Positions 12,381-26,150 of a stretch of 64,000 bases of DNA are shown here, piece after piece (within the stretch, counting starts at the first letter, position 1; every line of letters starts with the position of its first letter). The notes beneath the pieces are model-generated. The model was not told the origin of the DNA. It searched no databases and was given only the letters and a program-made list of their open reading frames with translations. Position numbers and translations under genes: made by a program. Where the stretch lies: contig OZ024743.1 of the NCBI GenBank assembly GCA_964016885.1, positions 137,640,001-137,704,000 on the forward strand, read 5' to 3'. The stretch comes from Eledone cirrhosa (Eukaryota).

Positions 12381-15300
12381 TGTTTGGTCTTTGGTGCTTG
12401 GTCTTTGGTGCTTGGTGTTTGGTGCTTGGTGCTTGGTGCTTGGTGTTTTGTGTTTGGTGTTTGATGCTTGGTGTTTGGTGTTTGATGCTTGGTGCTTGAT
12501 GCTTGGTGCTTGGTGCTTGGTGTTTGCTGCTTGGTGCTTGGTGTTTGTACTTGGTGTTTGGTGCTTGGTGTTTGGTGCTTGGTGCTTGGTGTTTGGTGCT
12601 TGGTGCTTGGTGTTTGGTGTTTGGTGCTTGGTGTTTGGTGCTTGGTGCTTGGTGCTTGGTGTTAGGTGTTTGGTGCTTCATGCCTGGTGCTTGGTGTTTG
12701 GTGCTTGGTGCTTGGTGTTTGGTGTTTGGTGCTTCATGCTTGGTGCTTGGTGTTTGGTGCTTGGTGCTTGGTGTTTGGTGCTTGGTGCCTGGTGCATGGT
12801 GTTTGGTGCTTGATGCTTGGTGTTTGCTGTTTGGTGCTTGGTGTTTGGTGCTTGGTGCTTGGTGCTTGGTGTTAGGTGTTAGGTGTTTGATGCTTGGAGT
12901 TTGCTGTTTGGTGTTTGGTGTTTGCTGTTTGGTGTTTGGTCTTTGGTGCTTGGTCTTTGGTGCTTGGTGTTTGGTGCTTGGTGCTTGGTGTTTGGTGCTT
13001 GGTGCCTGGTGCTTGTTGTTTGGTGATTGGTGCTTGGTGTTTCCTGTTTGGTGTTTGGTGTTTGGTGTTTGCTGTTTTGTGTTTGGTGCTTGGTGCTTGG
13101 TGCTTGGTGTTTGGTGCTTGGTGCTTGGTGTTTGGTGCATGGTGCTTGATGCTTGGTGTTTGTACTTGGTGCTTGGTGCATGGTGTTTTGTGCTTGATTC
13201 TTGGTGTTTGGTGCTTGGTGTTTGGTGCTTAGTGCTTGGTGTTTGGTGTTTGGTGCTTGGTGTTTGGTGCTTGGTGCTTGGTGCTTGGTGTTTGGTGTTT
13301 GGTGCTTCATGCTTGGTGCTTGGTGTTTGGTTCTTGGTGCTTAGTGTTTGGTGCTTGGTGCCTGGTGCATGGTGTTTGGTGATTGATGCTTGGTGTTAGG
13401 TTTTAGGTGTTTGGTGATTGGTGCTTGGTGTTTGGTGCTTGGTGCTTGATGTTTGGTGCTTGGTGCTTGGTGTTTGGTGCTTGGTGTTTGGTGCTTGGTA
13501 CTTGGGGCTTGGTGTTTGGTGCTTGGTGCTTGGTGCTTGGTGTTTGGTGCTTGGTGCTTGGTGTTTGTTGTTTGGTGCTTGGCGTTTGGTGCTTGGTGCT
13601 TGGTGCTGGGTGGTTGGTGTTTGGTGCTTGGTGCTTGGTGTTTGGTGCTTGGTGCTTGGTGCTTGGTGTTTGGTGCTTGGCGCTTGGTGCTTGGTCTTTG
13701 GTGCTTGGTGTTTGGTGTTTGGTGCTTGGTGCTTGGTGTTTGGTGCTTGGTGATTAGTGTTTGGTGCTTGGTGCTTGGGGTTTGGTGTTTGGTGCTTGGT
13801 GCTTGGTGTTTGGTGCTTGGTGTTTGGTTTTTACTGTTTGGTGTTTGGTGTTTGCTGTTTGCTGTTTGCTGTTTGGTGTCTGCTTTTTGGTGTTTGGTGT
13901 TTGCTGTATCGTGTTTGCTGTTTCGTGTTTATTGTTTGCTGTTTGGTGTTTGGTGTTTGGTGTTTGGTGTTTCCTGTTTGGTGTTTAGTCTTTGGTGATT
14001 GGTGCTTGGTGCTTGGTGTTTGGTGTTTGGTGCTTGGTGCTTGGTGTTTGGTGCTTGGTACTTGTTGTTTGGTGATTGGTGCTTGGTGCTTGGTGTTTGC
14101 TGTTTGGTGCTTGGGGCTTGGTGTTTGGTGCTGCGTGCTTGGTGCTTGGTGCTTGGTGCTTGGTGCTTGGTGTTTGGTGTTTGATGATTGGTGTTTGGTG
14201 TTTGGTGTTTGGTGCTTGGTGCTTGGTGTTTGGTGTTTGATGCTTGCTGCTTGATGCTTGGTGCTTGGTGCTTGGTGTTTGGTGCTTGGTGCTTGGTGTT
14301 TGGTGCTTGGTACTTGGTGTTTGGTGCTTGGTGTTTGCTGTTTGCTGTTTGGTGTTTGGTGTTTGTTGTTTGCTGTTTGGTGTCTGCTTTTTGGTGTTTG
14401 TTGTTTGCTCTATGGTGTTTGCTGTTTCATGTTTGGTGTTTGCTGTTTGGTGTTTGGTGTTTGCTGTTTGGTGTTTGGTGCTTGGTGTTTGGTGCTTGGT
14501 GCTTGGTGTTTGGTGCTAGGTGCTTCATGCTTGGTGCTTGGTGTTTGGTGTTTGGTGCTTGGTACTTGGGGCTTGGTGTTTGGTGCTTGGTGCTTCGTGC
14601 TTGGTGTTTGGTGCTTGGTGCTTGGTGTTTGGTGTTTGGTGCTCGGTGCCTGGTGCTTGTTGTTTGGTGATTGGTGCTTGGTGTTTGCTGTTTGGTGCTG
14701 CGTGCTTGGTGCTTGGTGCTGGTGCTTGGTGCTTGGTGTTTTGTGTTTGGTGTTTGATGCTTGGTGTTTGGTGTTTGGTGCTTGGTTCTTGGTGTTTGGT
14801 GTTTGATGCTTGGTGCTTGATGCTTGGTGCTTGGTGCTTGGTGTTTGGTGCTTGGTGCTTGGTGTTTGTACTTGGTGTTTGGTGCTTGGTGTTTGGTGCT
14901 TGGTGCTTGGTGTTTGGTGCTTGGTGCTTGGTGCTTGGTGTTTGGTGTTTGGTGCTTGGTGTTTGGTGCTTGGTGCTTGGTGCTTGGTGTTAGGTGTTTG
15001 GTGCTTCATGTCTGGTGCTTGGTGTTTGGTGCTTGGTGCTTGGTGTTTGGTGCTTGGTGCCTGGTGCATGGTGTTTGTTGCTTGGTGCTTGGTGTTTGGT
15101 GTTTGGTGCTTGGTGTTTGGTGCTTGGTGCTTGGTGTTTGGTGTTTGGTGTCTGGTGCTTGCTGCTTGCTGCTTGGTGTTTGGTGCTTGGTGATTGGTGC
15201 TTGGTGTTTGGTGCTTGGTGCTTGGTGTTTGGTGCTAGGTGCTTGGTGCTTGGTGCTTGGTGTTTGGTGTTTGGTCCTTGGTACTTGGGGCTTTGTATTT

Positions 15301-18300
15301 GGTGCTGGGTGCTTAGTGTTTGGTGTTTGGTGCTTGGTGCTTGGTGTTTGGTGCTTGGTGTTTGGTGCTTGGTGCTTGGTGCTGTGTGGTTGGCGTTTGG
15401 TGCTTGGTGCTTGGTGTTTGGTGCTTGGTGCTTGGTGCTTGGTGTTTGGTGCTTGGTGTTTGGTGCTTGGTGCTTGGTGTTTGGTGCTTGGTGCTTGCTG
15501 ATTAGTGTTTGGTGCTTGGTGCTTGGGGTTTGGTGTTTGGTCCTTGGTGCTTGGTGTTTGGTGCTTGGTGCTTGGTGTTTGGTGCTTGGTGTTTGGTGTT
15601 TGCTGTTTGGTGTTTGGTGTTTGGTGTTTGCTGTTTGCTGTTTGCTGTTTGCTGTCTGCTTTTTGGTGTTTGTTGTTTGATGTATGGTGTTTGCTGTTTC
15701 GTGTTTATTGTTTGCTGTTTGGTGTTTGGTGTTTGGTGTTTGGTGTTTCCTGTTTGGTCTTTAGTCTTTGGTGCTTCGTGTTCGGTGCTTGGTGCTTGGT
15801 ATTTGGTGTTTGGTGTTTGGTGCTTGGTGCTTCGTGTTTGGTGCTTGGTGCTTGGTGTATGGTGTTTGGTGCTTGGTGCTTGGTGTTTGGTGTTTGCTGT
15901 TTGCTGTTTGGTGTTTGTTGTTTGGTGTTTGTTGTTTGGTGTTTTCTGTTTGATGTTTGGTGTTTGCTGTTTCGTGTCTGCTTTTTGGTGTTTGGTGTTT
16001 GCTGTATGTTGTTTGCTGTTTGCTGTTTGGTGTTTGGTGTTTGGTGTTTGGTGCTTGGTGCTTGGTGTTTGGTGCTTGGTGCTTGGTGTTTGGTGCCTGG
16101 TGCTTGGTGCTTGGTGCTTGGTGTTTGGTGTTTGGTGCTTGGTGCTTGGTGCTTGGTGTTTTGTGTTTGGTGTTTGGTTTTTGGTGCTTGGTCCTTGGTG
16201 TTTGGTGCTGGGTGCTTTGTGTTTGGTACTTGGTGCTTGGTGTTTGGTGTTTGCTGCTTGCTGTTTGATGCTTGGTGCTTGGTGCTTGGTGTTTTGTGTT
16301 TGGTGCTTGGTGCTTGGTGTTTGGTGCTTGGTGCTTGGTGTTTGGTGCCTGGTGCTTGGTGCTTGGTGCTTGGTCCTTGGTGTTTGGTGCTGGGTGCTTG
16401 GTGTTTGATGCTTGGTGCTTGGTGTTTGGTGCTTAGTGCTTGGTGTTTGGTGCTTGGTGCTGGTTGGTTGGTGTTTGGTGCTTGGTGTTTGGTGCTGGGT
16501 GCTTGGTGTTTGGTGCTTGGTGCTTGGTCTTTGGTGCTTGGTGTTTGGTGTTTGGTGCTTGGTGCTTGGTGTTTGGTGCTTGGTGCTTGGTGTTTAGTGC
16601 TTGGTGCTTAGTGTTTGGTGCTAGGTGCTTGGGGTTTGGTGTTTGGTGCTTGGTGTTTGGTGCTTGGTGCTTGGTGTTTGGTGCTTGGTGTTTGGTGTTT
16701 GCTGTTTGCTGTTTGGTGTTTGTTGTTTGGTGTTTGTTGTTTGGTGTTTGCTGTTTGGTGTTTCGTGTTTGCTGTTTCGTGTCTGCTTTTTGGTGTTTGG
16801 TGTTTGCTGTATGTTGTTTGCTGTTTGGTGTTTGGTGTTTGGTGTTTGGTGCTTGGTGCTTGGTGTTTGGTGCTTGGTGCTTGGTGTTTGGTGCCTGGTG
16901 CTTGGTGCTTGGTGTTTGGTGTTTGGTGTTTGGTGCTTGGTGCTTGGTGCTTGGTGTTTTGTGTTTGGTGTTTGGGTTTTGGTGCTTGGTGTTTGGTTCT
17001 TGGTTCTTGGTGTTTGGTGTTTGGTATTTGGTGTTTGGTGCTTGTTGCTTGGTGTTTTGTGCTTGGTGCTTGGTGTTTGGTGCCTGGTGCTTGGTGCTTG
17101 GTGCTTGGTGTTTGGTGTTGGTGCTTGGTGCTTGTTGTTTTGGGTTTGGTGTTTGGTTTTTGGTGCTTGGTGCTTGGTGCTTGGTCCTTGGTGTTTGGTG
17201 CTGGGTGCTTTGTGTTTGGTGCTTGGTGCTTGGTGATTGGTGTTTGCTGCTTGGTGTTTGATGCTTGGTGCTTGGTGCTTGGTGTTTTGTGTTTGGTGCT
17301 TGGTGTTTGGTGCTTGGTGCTTGGTGTTTGTACTTGGTGCTTGGTGCTTGGTGCTTGGTGTTTGGTGTTTGGTGCTTGGTGTTTGGTGCTTGGTGCTTGG
17401 TGCTTGGTGTTAGGTGTTTAGTGCTTGGTGCTTGGTGTTTGGTGCTTGGTGTTTGCTGTTTGCTGTTTGGTGTTTGGTGTTTGGTGTTTGGTGTTTGCCG
17501 TTTGGTGTCTGCTTTTTGGTGTTTAGTGTTTGTTGTATGGTGTTTGCTGTTTCGTGTTTGGTGTTTGTTGTTTGGTGTTTGGTCTTTGGTGCTTGGTGCT
17601 TGGTGCTTGGTGCTTGGTGCTTGGTGTTTGGTGTTTGGTGCTTGGTGCTTGGTGTTTGGTGTTTGTTGTTTGGTGCTTGGTGTCTGATGCTTGGTGTTTG
17701 GTGTTTGGTGCTTGGTGTTTGGTGTTCGGTGTTTGGTGCTTGGTGCTTGGTGTTTGGTGTTCGGTGTTTGGTGCTTGGTGCTTGGTGTTTGGTGTTTGGT
17801 GCTTGGTGTTTGGTGTTTGGTGCTTTTTGCTTGGTGCTTGGTGCTTGGTGTTTGGTGCTTGGTGCTTGGTGTTTGGTGCTGGGTGCTTGGTGCTTGGTGT
17901 TTGACTGTTTGGTGCTTGGTGCTTGGTGTTTGGTGTTTGGTGTTATATGCTTGGTGTTTGATGCTTGGTGCTTGGTGCTTGGTGTTTGGTGTTTGGTGTT
18001 TGATGCTTGGTGCTTGGTGCTTGGTGTTTGGTCTTTGGTGCTTGGTGTTTGTACTTGGTGCTTGGTGCTTGGTGCTTGGTGTTTGGTGCTTGGTGTTTGG
18101 TGCTTGGTGCTTGGTGCTTGGTGCTTGGTGTTTGGTGGTTGGTGTTTGGTGCTTGGTGTTAGGTGTTTGGTGCTTGGTGTTTGGTGTTTGGTGCTTGGTG
18201 TTTGGTACTTGGTAATTGGTGCTTGGTGCTTGGTGTTAGGTGTTTGGTGCTTGGTGCTTGGTGCTTGGTGTTTGGTGCTTGGTGTTTGGTGCTTGGTGCT

Positions 18301-20149
18301 TGGTGCTTGGTGCTTGGTGCTTGGTGTTTGGTGGTTGGTGTTTGGTGCTTGGTGTTAGGTGTTTGGTGCTTGATGCTTGGTGTTTGGTGCTTTTTGCTTG
18401 GTGCTTGGTGCTTGGTGTTTGGTGCTTGATGCTTGGTGTTTGGTGCTGGGTGCTTGGTGCTTGGTGTTTGGTGTTTGGTGATTGGTGCTTGGTGTTTGGT
18501 GTTTGGTGTTATATGCTTGGTGTTTGATGCTTGGTGCTTGGTGCTTGGTGTTTGGTACTTGGTGATTGATGCTTGGTGCTTGGTGCTTGGTGTTTGGTGC
18601 TTGGTACTTGGTGTTTGGTGCTTGGTGCTTGGTGTTTGGTGCTTGGTGTTTGGTGCTTGGTGTTTGGTGATTGGTGCTTGGTGCTTGGTGCTTGGTGCTT
18701 GGTGTTTGGTGGTTGGTGCTTGGTGCTTGGTGTTAGGTGTTTGGTGCTTGGTGCTTGGTGTTTGGTGTTTGGTGCTTGGTGTTTGGTGTTTGGTGCTTGG
18801 TTTTTGGTGCTTGGTACTTGGTGCTTGGTGCTTGGTGTTAGGTGTTTGGTGCTTGGTGCTTGGTGATTAGTGTTTGGTGCTTGGTGCTTGTGGTTTGGTG
18901 TTTGGTCCTTGGTGCTTGGTGTTTGGTGCTTGGTGCTTGGTGTTTGGTGCTTGGTGTTTGGTGTTTGCTGTTTGGTGTTTGGTGTTTGGTGTTTGCTGTT
19001 TGCTGTTTGCTGTTTGGTGTCTGCTTTTTGGTGTTTGTTGTTTGATGTATGGTGTTTGCTGTTTCGTGTTTATTGTTTGCTGTTTGGTGTTTGGTGTTTG
19101 GTGTTTGGTGTTTCCTGTTTGGTCTTTAGTCTTTGGTGCTTCGTGTTCGGTGCTTGGTGCTTGGTATTTGGTGTTTGGTGTTTGGTGCTTGGTGCTTGGT
19201 GTTTGGTGCTTGGTGCTTGGTGTTTGGTGTTTGGTGCTTGGTGCTTGGTGTTTGGTGTTTGCTGTTTGCTGTTTGGTGTTTGTTGTTTGGTGTTTGCTGT
19301 TTGGTGTTTGGTGTTTGCTGTTTGCTGTTTGGTGTCTGCTTTTTGGTGTTTGTTGTTTGCTCTATGGTGTTTGCTGTTTCATGTTTGGTGTTTGCTGTTT
19401 GGTGTTTGGTGTTTGCTGTTTGGTGTTTGGTGCTTGGTGTTTGGTGCTTGGTGCTTGTTGTTTGGTGATTGGTGCTTGGTGCTTGGTGTTTGCTGTTTGG
19501 TGCTTGGGGCTTGGTGTTTGGTGCTGCGTGCTTGGTGCTTGGTGCTTGGTGCTTGGTGTTTGGTGTTTGATGATTGGCGTTTGGTGTTTGGTGTTTGGTG
19601 CTTGGTGCTTGGTGTTTGGTGTGTGATGCTTGCTGCTTGATGCTTGGTGCTTGGTGCTTGGTGTTTGGTGCTTGGTGCTTGGTGTTTGGTGCTTGGTACT
19701 TGGTGTTTGGTGCTTGGTGTTTGCTGTTTGCTGTTTGGTGTCTGGTGTTTGCTGTTTGCTGTTTGGTGTCTGATTTTTGGTGTTTGTTGTTTGCTCTATG
19801 GTGTTTGCTGTTTCGTGTCTGGTGTTTGCTGTTTGGTGTTTGCTGTTTGGTGTTTCGTGCTTGGTGTTTGGTGCTTGGTGCTTGGTGTTTGGTGCTAGGT
19901 GCTTGGTGTTTGGTGCTTGGTGTTTGGTGTTTGGTGCTTGGTACTTGGGGCTTAGTGTTTGGTGCTTGGTGCTTCGTGCTTGGTGTTTGGTGCTTGGTGC
20001 CTGGTGCTTGTTGTTTGGTGATTGGTGCTTGGTGTTTGCTGTTTGGTGCTGCGTGCTTGGTGCTTGGTGCTTGGTGCTTGGTGCTTGGTGTTTTGTGTTT
20101 GGTGTTTGATGCTTGGTGTTTGGTGTTTGGTGCTTGATGTTTGGTGTTT

Positions 20150-23100
20150 GGTGTTTGATGCTTGGTGCTTGATGCTTGGTGCTTGGTGCTTGGTGTTTGG
20201 TGCTTGGTGCTTGGTGTTTGTACTTGGTGTTTGGTGCTTGGTGTTTGGTGCTTGGTGCTTGGTGTTTGGTGCTTGGTGCTTGGTGTTTGGTGTTTGGTGC
20301 TTGGTGTTTGGTGCTTGGGGCTTGGTGCTTGGTGTTAGGTGTTTGGTGCTTCATGCCTGGTGCTTGGTGTTTGGTGATTGGTGCTTGGTGTTTGGTGTTT
20401 GGTGCTTCATGCTTGGTGCTTGGTGTTTGGTGCTTGGTGCTTGGTGTTTGGTGCTTGGTGCCTGGTGCATGGTGTTTGGTGCTTGATGCTTGGTGTTTGG
20501 TGTTTGGTGCTTGGTGTTTGGTGCTTGGTGCTTGGTGCTTGGTGTTAGGTGTTAGGTGTTTGATGCTTGGAGTTTGCTGTTTGGTGTTTGGTGTTTGCTG
20601 TTTGGTGTTTGGTCTTTGGTGCTTGGTCTTTGGTGCTTGGTGTTTGGTGCTTGGTGCTTGGTGTTTGGTGCTTGGTGCCTGGTGCTTGTTGTTTGGTGAT
20701 TGGTGCTTGGTGTTTCCTGTTTGGTGTTTGGTGTTTGGTGTTTGCTGTTTTGTGTTTAGTGCTTGGTGCTTGGTGCTTGGTGTTTGGTGCTTGGTGCTTG
20801 GTGTTTGGTGCATGGTGCTTGATGCTTGGTGTTTGTACTTGGTGCTTGGTGCATGGTGTTTTGTGCTTGATTCTTGGTGTTTGGTGCTTGGTGTTTGGTG
20901 CTTAGTGCTTGGTGTTTGGTGTTTGGTGCTTGGTGTTTGGTGCTTGGTGCTTGGTGCTTGGTGTTTGGTGTTTGGTGCTTCATGCTTGGTGCTTGGTGTT
21001 TGGTGCTTGGTGCTTGGTGTTTGGTGCTTGGTGCCTGGTGCATGGTGTTTGGTGCTTGATGCTTGGTGTTTGGTGTTTGGTGCTTGGTGTTTGGTGCTTG
21101 GTGCTTGGTGCTTGGTGTTAGGTGTTAGGTGTTTGGTGATTGGTGCTTGGTGTTTGGTGCTTGGTGCTTGATGTTTGGTGCTTGGTGCTTGGTGTTTGGT
21201 GCTTGGTGTTTGGTGCTTGGTACTTGGGGCTTGGTGTTTGGTGCTTGGTGCTTGGTGTTTGGTGCTTGGTGATTAGTGTTTGGTGCTTGGTGCTTGGGGT
21301 TTGGTGTTTGGTCCTTGGTGCTTGGTGTTTGGTGCTTGGTGTTTGGTTTTTACTGTTTGGTCTTTGGTGTTTGCTGTTTGCTGTTTGCTGTTTGGTGTCT
21401 GCTTTTTGGTGTTTGGTGTTTGCTGTATCGTGTTTGCTGTTTCGTGTTTATTGTTTGCTGATTGGTGTTTGGTGTTTGGTGTTTGGTGTTTCCTGTTTGG
21501 TGTTTAGTCTTTGGTGATTGGTGCTTGGTGCTTGGTGTTTGGTGTTTGGTGCTTGGTGCTTGGTGTTTGGTGCTTGGTACTTGTTGTTTGGTGACTGGTG
21601 CTTGGTGCTTGGTGTTTGCTGTTTGGTGCTTGGGGCTTGGTGTTTGGTGCTGCGTGCTTGGTGCTTGGTGCTTGGTGCTTGGTGCTTGGTGTTTGGTGTT
21701 TGATGATTGGTGTTTGGTGTTTGGTGTTTGGTGCTTGGTGCTTGGTGTTTGGTGTTTGATGCTTGCTGCTTGATGCTTGGTGCTTGGTGCTTGGTGTTTG
21801 GTGCTTGGTGCTTGGTGTTTGGTGCTTGGTACTTGGTGTTTGGTGCTTGGTGTTTGCTGTTTGCTGTTTGGTGTTTGGTGTTTGTTGTTTGCTGTTTGGT
21901 GTCTGCTTTTTGGTGTTTGTTGTTTGCTCTATGGTGTTTGCTGTTTCATGTTTGATGTTTGCTGTTTGGTGTTTGGTGTTTGCTGTTTGGTGTTTGGTGC
22001 TTGGTGTTTGGTGCTTGGTGCTTGGTGTTTGGTGCTAGGTGCTTCATGCTTGGTGCTTGGTGTTTGGTGTTTGGTGCTTGGTACTTGGGGCTTGGTGTTT
22101 GGTGCTTGGTGCTTCGTGCTTGGTGTTTGGTGCTTGGTGCTTGGTGTTTGGTGTTTGGTGCTCGGTGCCTGGTGCTTGTTGTTTGGTGATTGGTGCTTGG
22201 TGTTTGCTGTTTGGTGCTGCGTGCTTGGTGCTTGGTGCTGGTGCTTGGTGCTTGGTGTTTTGTGTTTGGTGTTTGATGCTTGGTGTTTGGTGTTTGGTGC
22301 TTGGTTCTTGGTGTTTGGTGTTTGATGCTTGGTGCTTGATGCTTGGTGCTTGGTGCTTGGTGTTTGGTGCTTGTTGCTTGGTGTTTGTACTTGGTGTTTG
22401 GTGCTTGGTGTTTGGTGCTTGGTGCTTGGTGTTTGGTGCTTGGTGCTTGGTGCTTGGTGTTTGGTGTTTGGTGCTTGGTGTTTGGTGCTTGGTGCTTGGT
22501 GCTTGGTGTTAGGTGTTTGGTGCTTCATGTCTGGTGCTTGGTGTTTGGTGCTTGGTGCTTGGTGTTTGGTGCTTGGTGCCTGGTGCATGGTGTTTGTTGC
22601 TTGGTGCTTGGTGTTTGGTGTTTGGTGCTTGGTGTTTGGTGCTTGGTGCTTGGTGTTTGGTGCTTGGTGCCTGGTGCATGGTGTTTGTTGCTTGGTGCTT
22701 GGTGTTTGGTGTTTGGTGTTTGGTGTTTGGTGCTTGCTGCTTGCTGCTTGGTGTTTGGTGCTTGGTGATTGGTGCTTGGTGTTTGGTGCTTGGTGCTTGG
22801 TGTTTGGTGCTAGGTGCTTGGTGCTTGGTGCTTGGTGTTTGGTGTTTGGTGCTTGGTACTTGGGGCTTTGTATTTGGTGCTTGGTGCTTCGTGTTTGGTG
22901 TTTGGTGCTTGGTGCTTGGTGTTTGGTGCTTGGTGTTTGGTGCTTGGTGCTTGGTGCTGTGTGGTTGGCGTTTGGTGCTTGGTGCTTGGTGTTTGGTGCT
23001 TGGTGCTTGGTGCTTGATGTTTGGTGCTTGGTGTTTGGTGTTTGGTGCTTGGTGCTTGGTGTTTGGTGCTTGGTGCTTGGTGATTAGTGTTTGGTGCTTG

Positions 23101-26100
23101 GTGCTTGGGGTTTGGTGTTTGGTCCTTGGTGCTTGGTGTCTGGTGCTTGGTGCTTGGTGTTTGGTGCTTGGTGTTTGGTGTTTGCTGTTTGGTGTTTGGT
23201 GTTTGGTGTTTGCTGTTTGCTGTTTGCTGTTTGCTGTCTGCTTTTTGGTGTTTGTTGTTTGATGTATGGTGTTTGCTGTTTCGTGTTTATTGTTTGCTGT
23301 TTGGTGTTTGGTGTTTGGTGTTTGGTGTTTGGTGTTTCCTGTTTGGTCTTTAGTCTTTGGTGCTTCGTGTTCGGTGCTTGGTGCTTGGTATTTGGTGTTT
23401 GGTGTTTGGTGCTTGGTGCTTGGTGTTTGGTGCTTGGTGCTTGGTGTTTGGTGTTTGGTGCTTGGTGCTTGGTGTTTGGTGTTTGCTGTTTGCTGTTTGG
23501 TGTTTGTTGTTTGGTGTTTGTTGTTTGGTGTTTTCTGTTTGGTGTTTGGTGTTTGCTGTTTCGTGTCTGCTTTTTGGTGTTTGGTGTTTGCTGTATGTTG
23601 TTTGCTGTTTGCTGTTTGGTGTTTGGTGTTTGGTGTTTGGTGCTTGGTGCTTGGTGTTTGGTGCTTGGTGCTTGGTGTTTGGTGCCTGGTGCTTGGTGCT
23701 TGGTGCTTGGTGTTTGGTGTTTGGTGCTTGGTGCTTGGTGCTTGGTGTTTTGTGTTTGGTGCTTGGTCCTTGGTGTTTGGTGCTTGGTGCTTGGTGTTTG
23801 GTGCCTGGTGCTTGGTGCTTGGTGCTTGGTCCTTGGTGTTTGGTGCTGGGTGCTTGGTGTTTGATGATTGGTGCTTGGTGTTTGGTGCTTGATGCTTGGT
23901 GTTTGGTGCTTGGTGCTGGTTGGTTGGTGTTTGGTGCTTGGTGTTTGGTGCTGGGTGCTTGGTGTTTGGTGCTTGGTGCTTGGTCTTTGGTGCTTGGTGT
24001 TTGGTGTTTGGTGCTTGGTGCTTGGTGTTTGGTGCTTGGTGCTTGGTGTTTAGTGCTTGGTGCTTAGTGTTTGGTGCTAGGTGCTTGGGGTTTGGTGTTT
24101 GGTGCTTGGTGTTTGGTGCTTGGTGCTTGGTGTTTGGTGCTTGGTGTTTGGTGTTTGCTGTTTGCTGTTTGGTGTTTGTTGTTTGGTGTTTGTTGTTTGG
24201 TGTTTGCTGTTTGGTGTTTCGTGTTTGCTGTTTCGTGTCTGCTTTTTGGTGTTTGGTGTTTGCTGTATGTTGTTTGCTGTTTGGTGTTTGGTGTTTGGTG
24301 TTTGGTGCTTGGTGCTTGGTGTTTGGTGCTTGGTGCTTGGTGTTTGGTGCCTGGTGCTTGGTGCTTGGTGTTTGGTGTTTGGTGTTTGGTGCTTGGTGCT
24401 TGGTGCTTGGTGTTTTGTGTTTGGTGTTTGGGTTTTGGTGCTTGGTGTTTGGTTCTTGGTTCTTGGTGTTTGGTGTTTGGTATTTGGTGTTTGGTGCTTG
24501 TTGCTTGGTGTTTTGTGCTTGGTGCTTTGTGTTTGGTGCTTGGTGCTTGGTGTTTGGTGTTTGCTGCTTGGTGTTTGATGCTTGGTGCTTGGTGCTTGGT
24601 GTTTTGTGTTTGGTGCTTGGTGTTTGGTGCTTGGTGCTTGGTGTTTGTACTTGGTGCTTGGTGCTTGGTGCTTGGTGTTTGGTGTTTGGTGCTTGGTGTT
24701 TGGTGCTTGGTGCTTGGTGCTTGGTTTTAGGTGTTTAGTGCTTGGTGCTTGGTGTTTGGTGCTTGGTGTTTGCTGTTTGGTGTTTGGTGTTTGGTGTTTG
24801 GTGTTTGGTGTTTGCTGTTTGGTGTCTGCTTTTTGGTGTTTAGTGTTTGCTGTATGGTGTTTGCTGTTTCGTGTTTGGTTTTTGTTGTTTGGTGTTTGGT
24901 CTTTGGTGCTTGGTGCTTGGTGCTTGGTGCTTGGTGCTTGGTGTTTGGTGTTTGGTGCTTGGTGCTTGGTGTCTGGTGCTTGGTGTTTGGTGTTTGGTGC
25001 TTGGTGTTTGGTGTTCGGTGTTTGGTGCTTGGTGCTTGGTGTTTGGTGTTCGGTGTTTGGTGCTTGGTGCTTGGTGTTTGGTGTTTGGTGCTTGGTGTTT
25101 GGTGTTTGGTGCTTTTTGCTTGGTGCTTGGTGCTTGGTGTTTGGTGCTTGGTGCTTGGTGTTTGGTGCTGGGTGCTTGGTGCTTGGTGTTTGACTGTTTG
25201 GTGCTTGGTGCTTGGTGTTTGGTGTTTGGTGTTATATGCTTGGTGTTTGATGCTTGGTGCTTGGTGCTTGGTGTTTGGTGTTTGGTGTTTGATGCTTGGT
25301 GCTTGGTGCTTGGTGTTTGGTCTTTGGTGCTTGGTGTTTGTACTTGGTGCTTGGTGCTTGGTGCTTGGTGTTTGGTGCTTGGTGTTTGGTGCTTGGTGCT
25401 TGGTGCTTGGTGCTTGGTGTTTGGTGGTTGGTGTTTGGTGCTTGGTGTTAGGTGTTTGGTGCTTGGTGTTTGGTGTTTGGTGCTTGGTGTTTGGTGCTTG
25501 GTACTTGGTGCTTGGTGCTTGGTGTTAGGTGTTTGGTGCTTGGTGTTTGGTGCTTGGTGTTTGGTGCTTGGTGTTTGGTGCTTGGTGCTTGGTGCTTGGT
25601 GCTTGGTGCTTGGTGTTTGGTGGTTGGTGTTTGGTGCTTGGTGTTAGGTGTTTGGTGCTTGATGCTTGGTGTTTGGTGCTTTTTGCTTGGTGCTTGGTGC
25701 TAGGTGTTTGGTGCTTGATGCTTGGTGTTTGGTGCTGGGTGCTTGGTGCTTGGTGTTTGGTGTTTGGTGATTGGTGCTTGGTGTTTGGTGTTTGGTGTTA
25801 TATGCTTGGTGTTTGATGCTTGGTGCTTGGTGCTTGGTGTTTGGTACTTGGTGATTGATGCTTGGTGCTTGGTGCTTGGTGTTTGGTGCTTGGTGCTTGG
25901 TGTTTGGTGCTTGGTGCTTGGTGTTTGGTGCTTGGTGTTTGGTGCTTGGTGTTTGGTGATTGGTGTTTGGTGCTTGGTGCTTGGTGCTTGGTGTTTGGTG
26001 GTTGGTGCTTGGTGCTTGGTGTTAGGTGTTTGGTGCTTGGTGCTTGGTGTTTGGTGTTTGGTGCTTGGTGTTTGGTGTTTGGTGCTTGGTGTTTGGTGCT

Positions 26101-26150
26101 TGGTACTTGGTGCTTGGTGCTTGGTGTTAGGTGTTTGGTGCTTGGTGCTT
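20150..26150 (+). repeat. Co-linear copy of ~12480-18860 (offset drifting from 7673 to 7289)
   Basis: ORF pairs 12503/20176 and 12894/20567 (7673), 13999/21518 and 14410/21929 (7519), 15768/23357 (7589), 16615/24071 (7456), 17414/24731 (7317) and 18433/25722 (7289). Shared variants include TTGGAGTTTGCTG, TTTTACTG and GCTGTGTGGTTGGCG. Confidence 0.88.
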
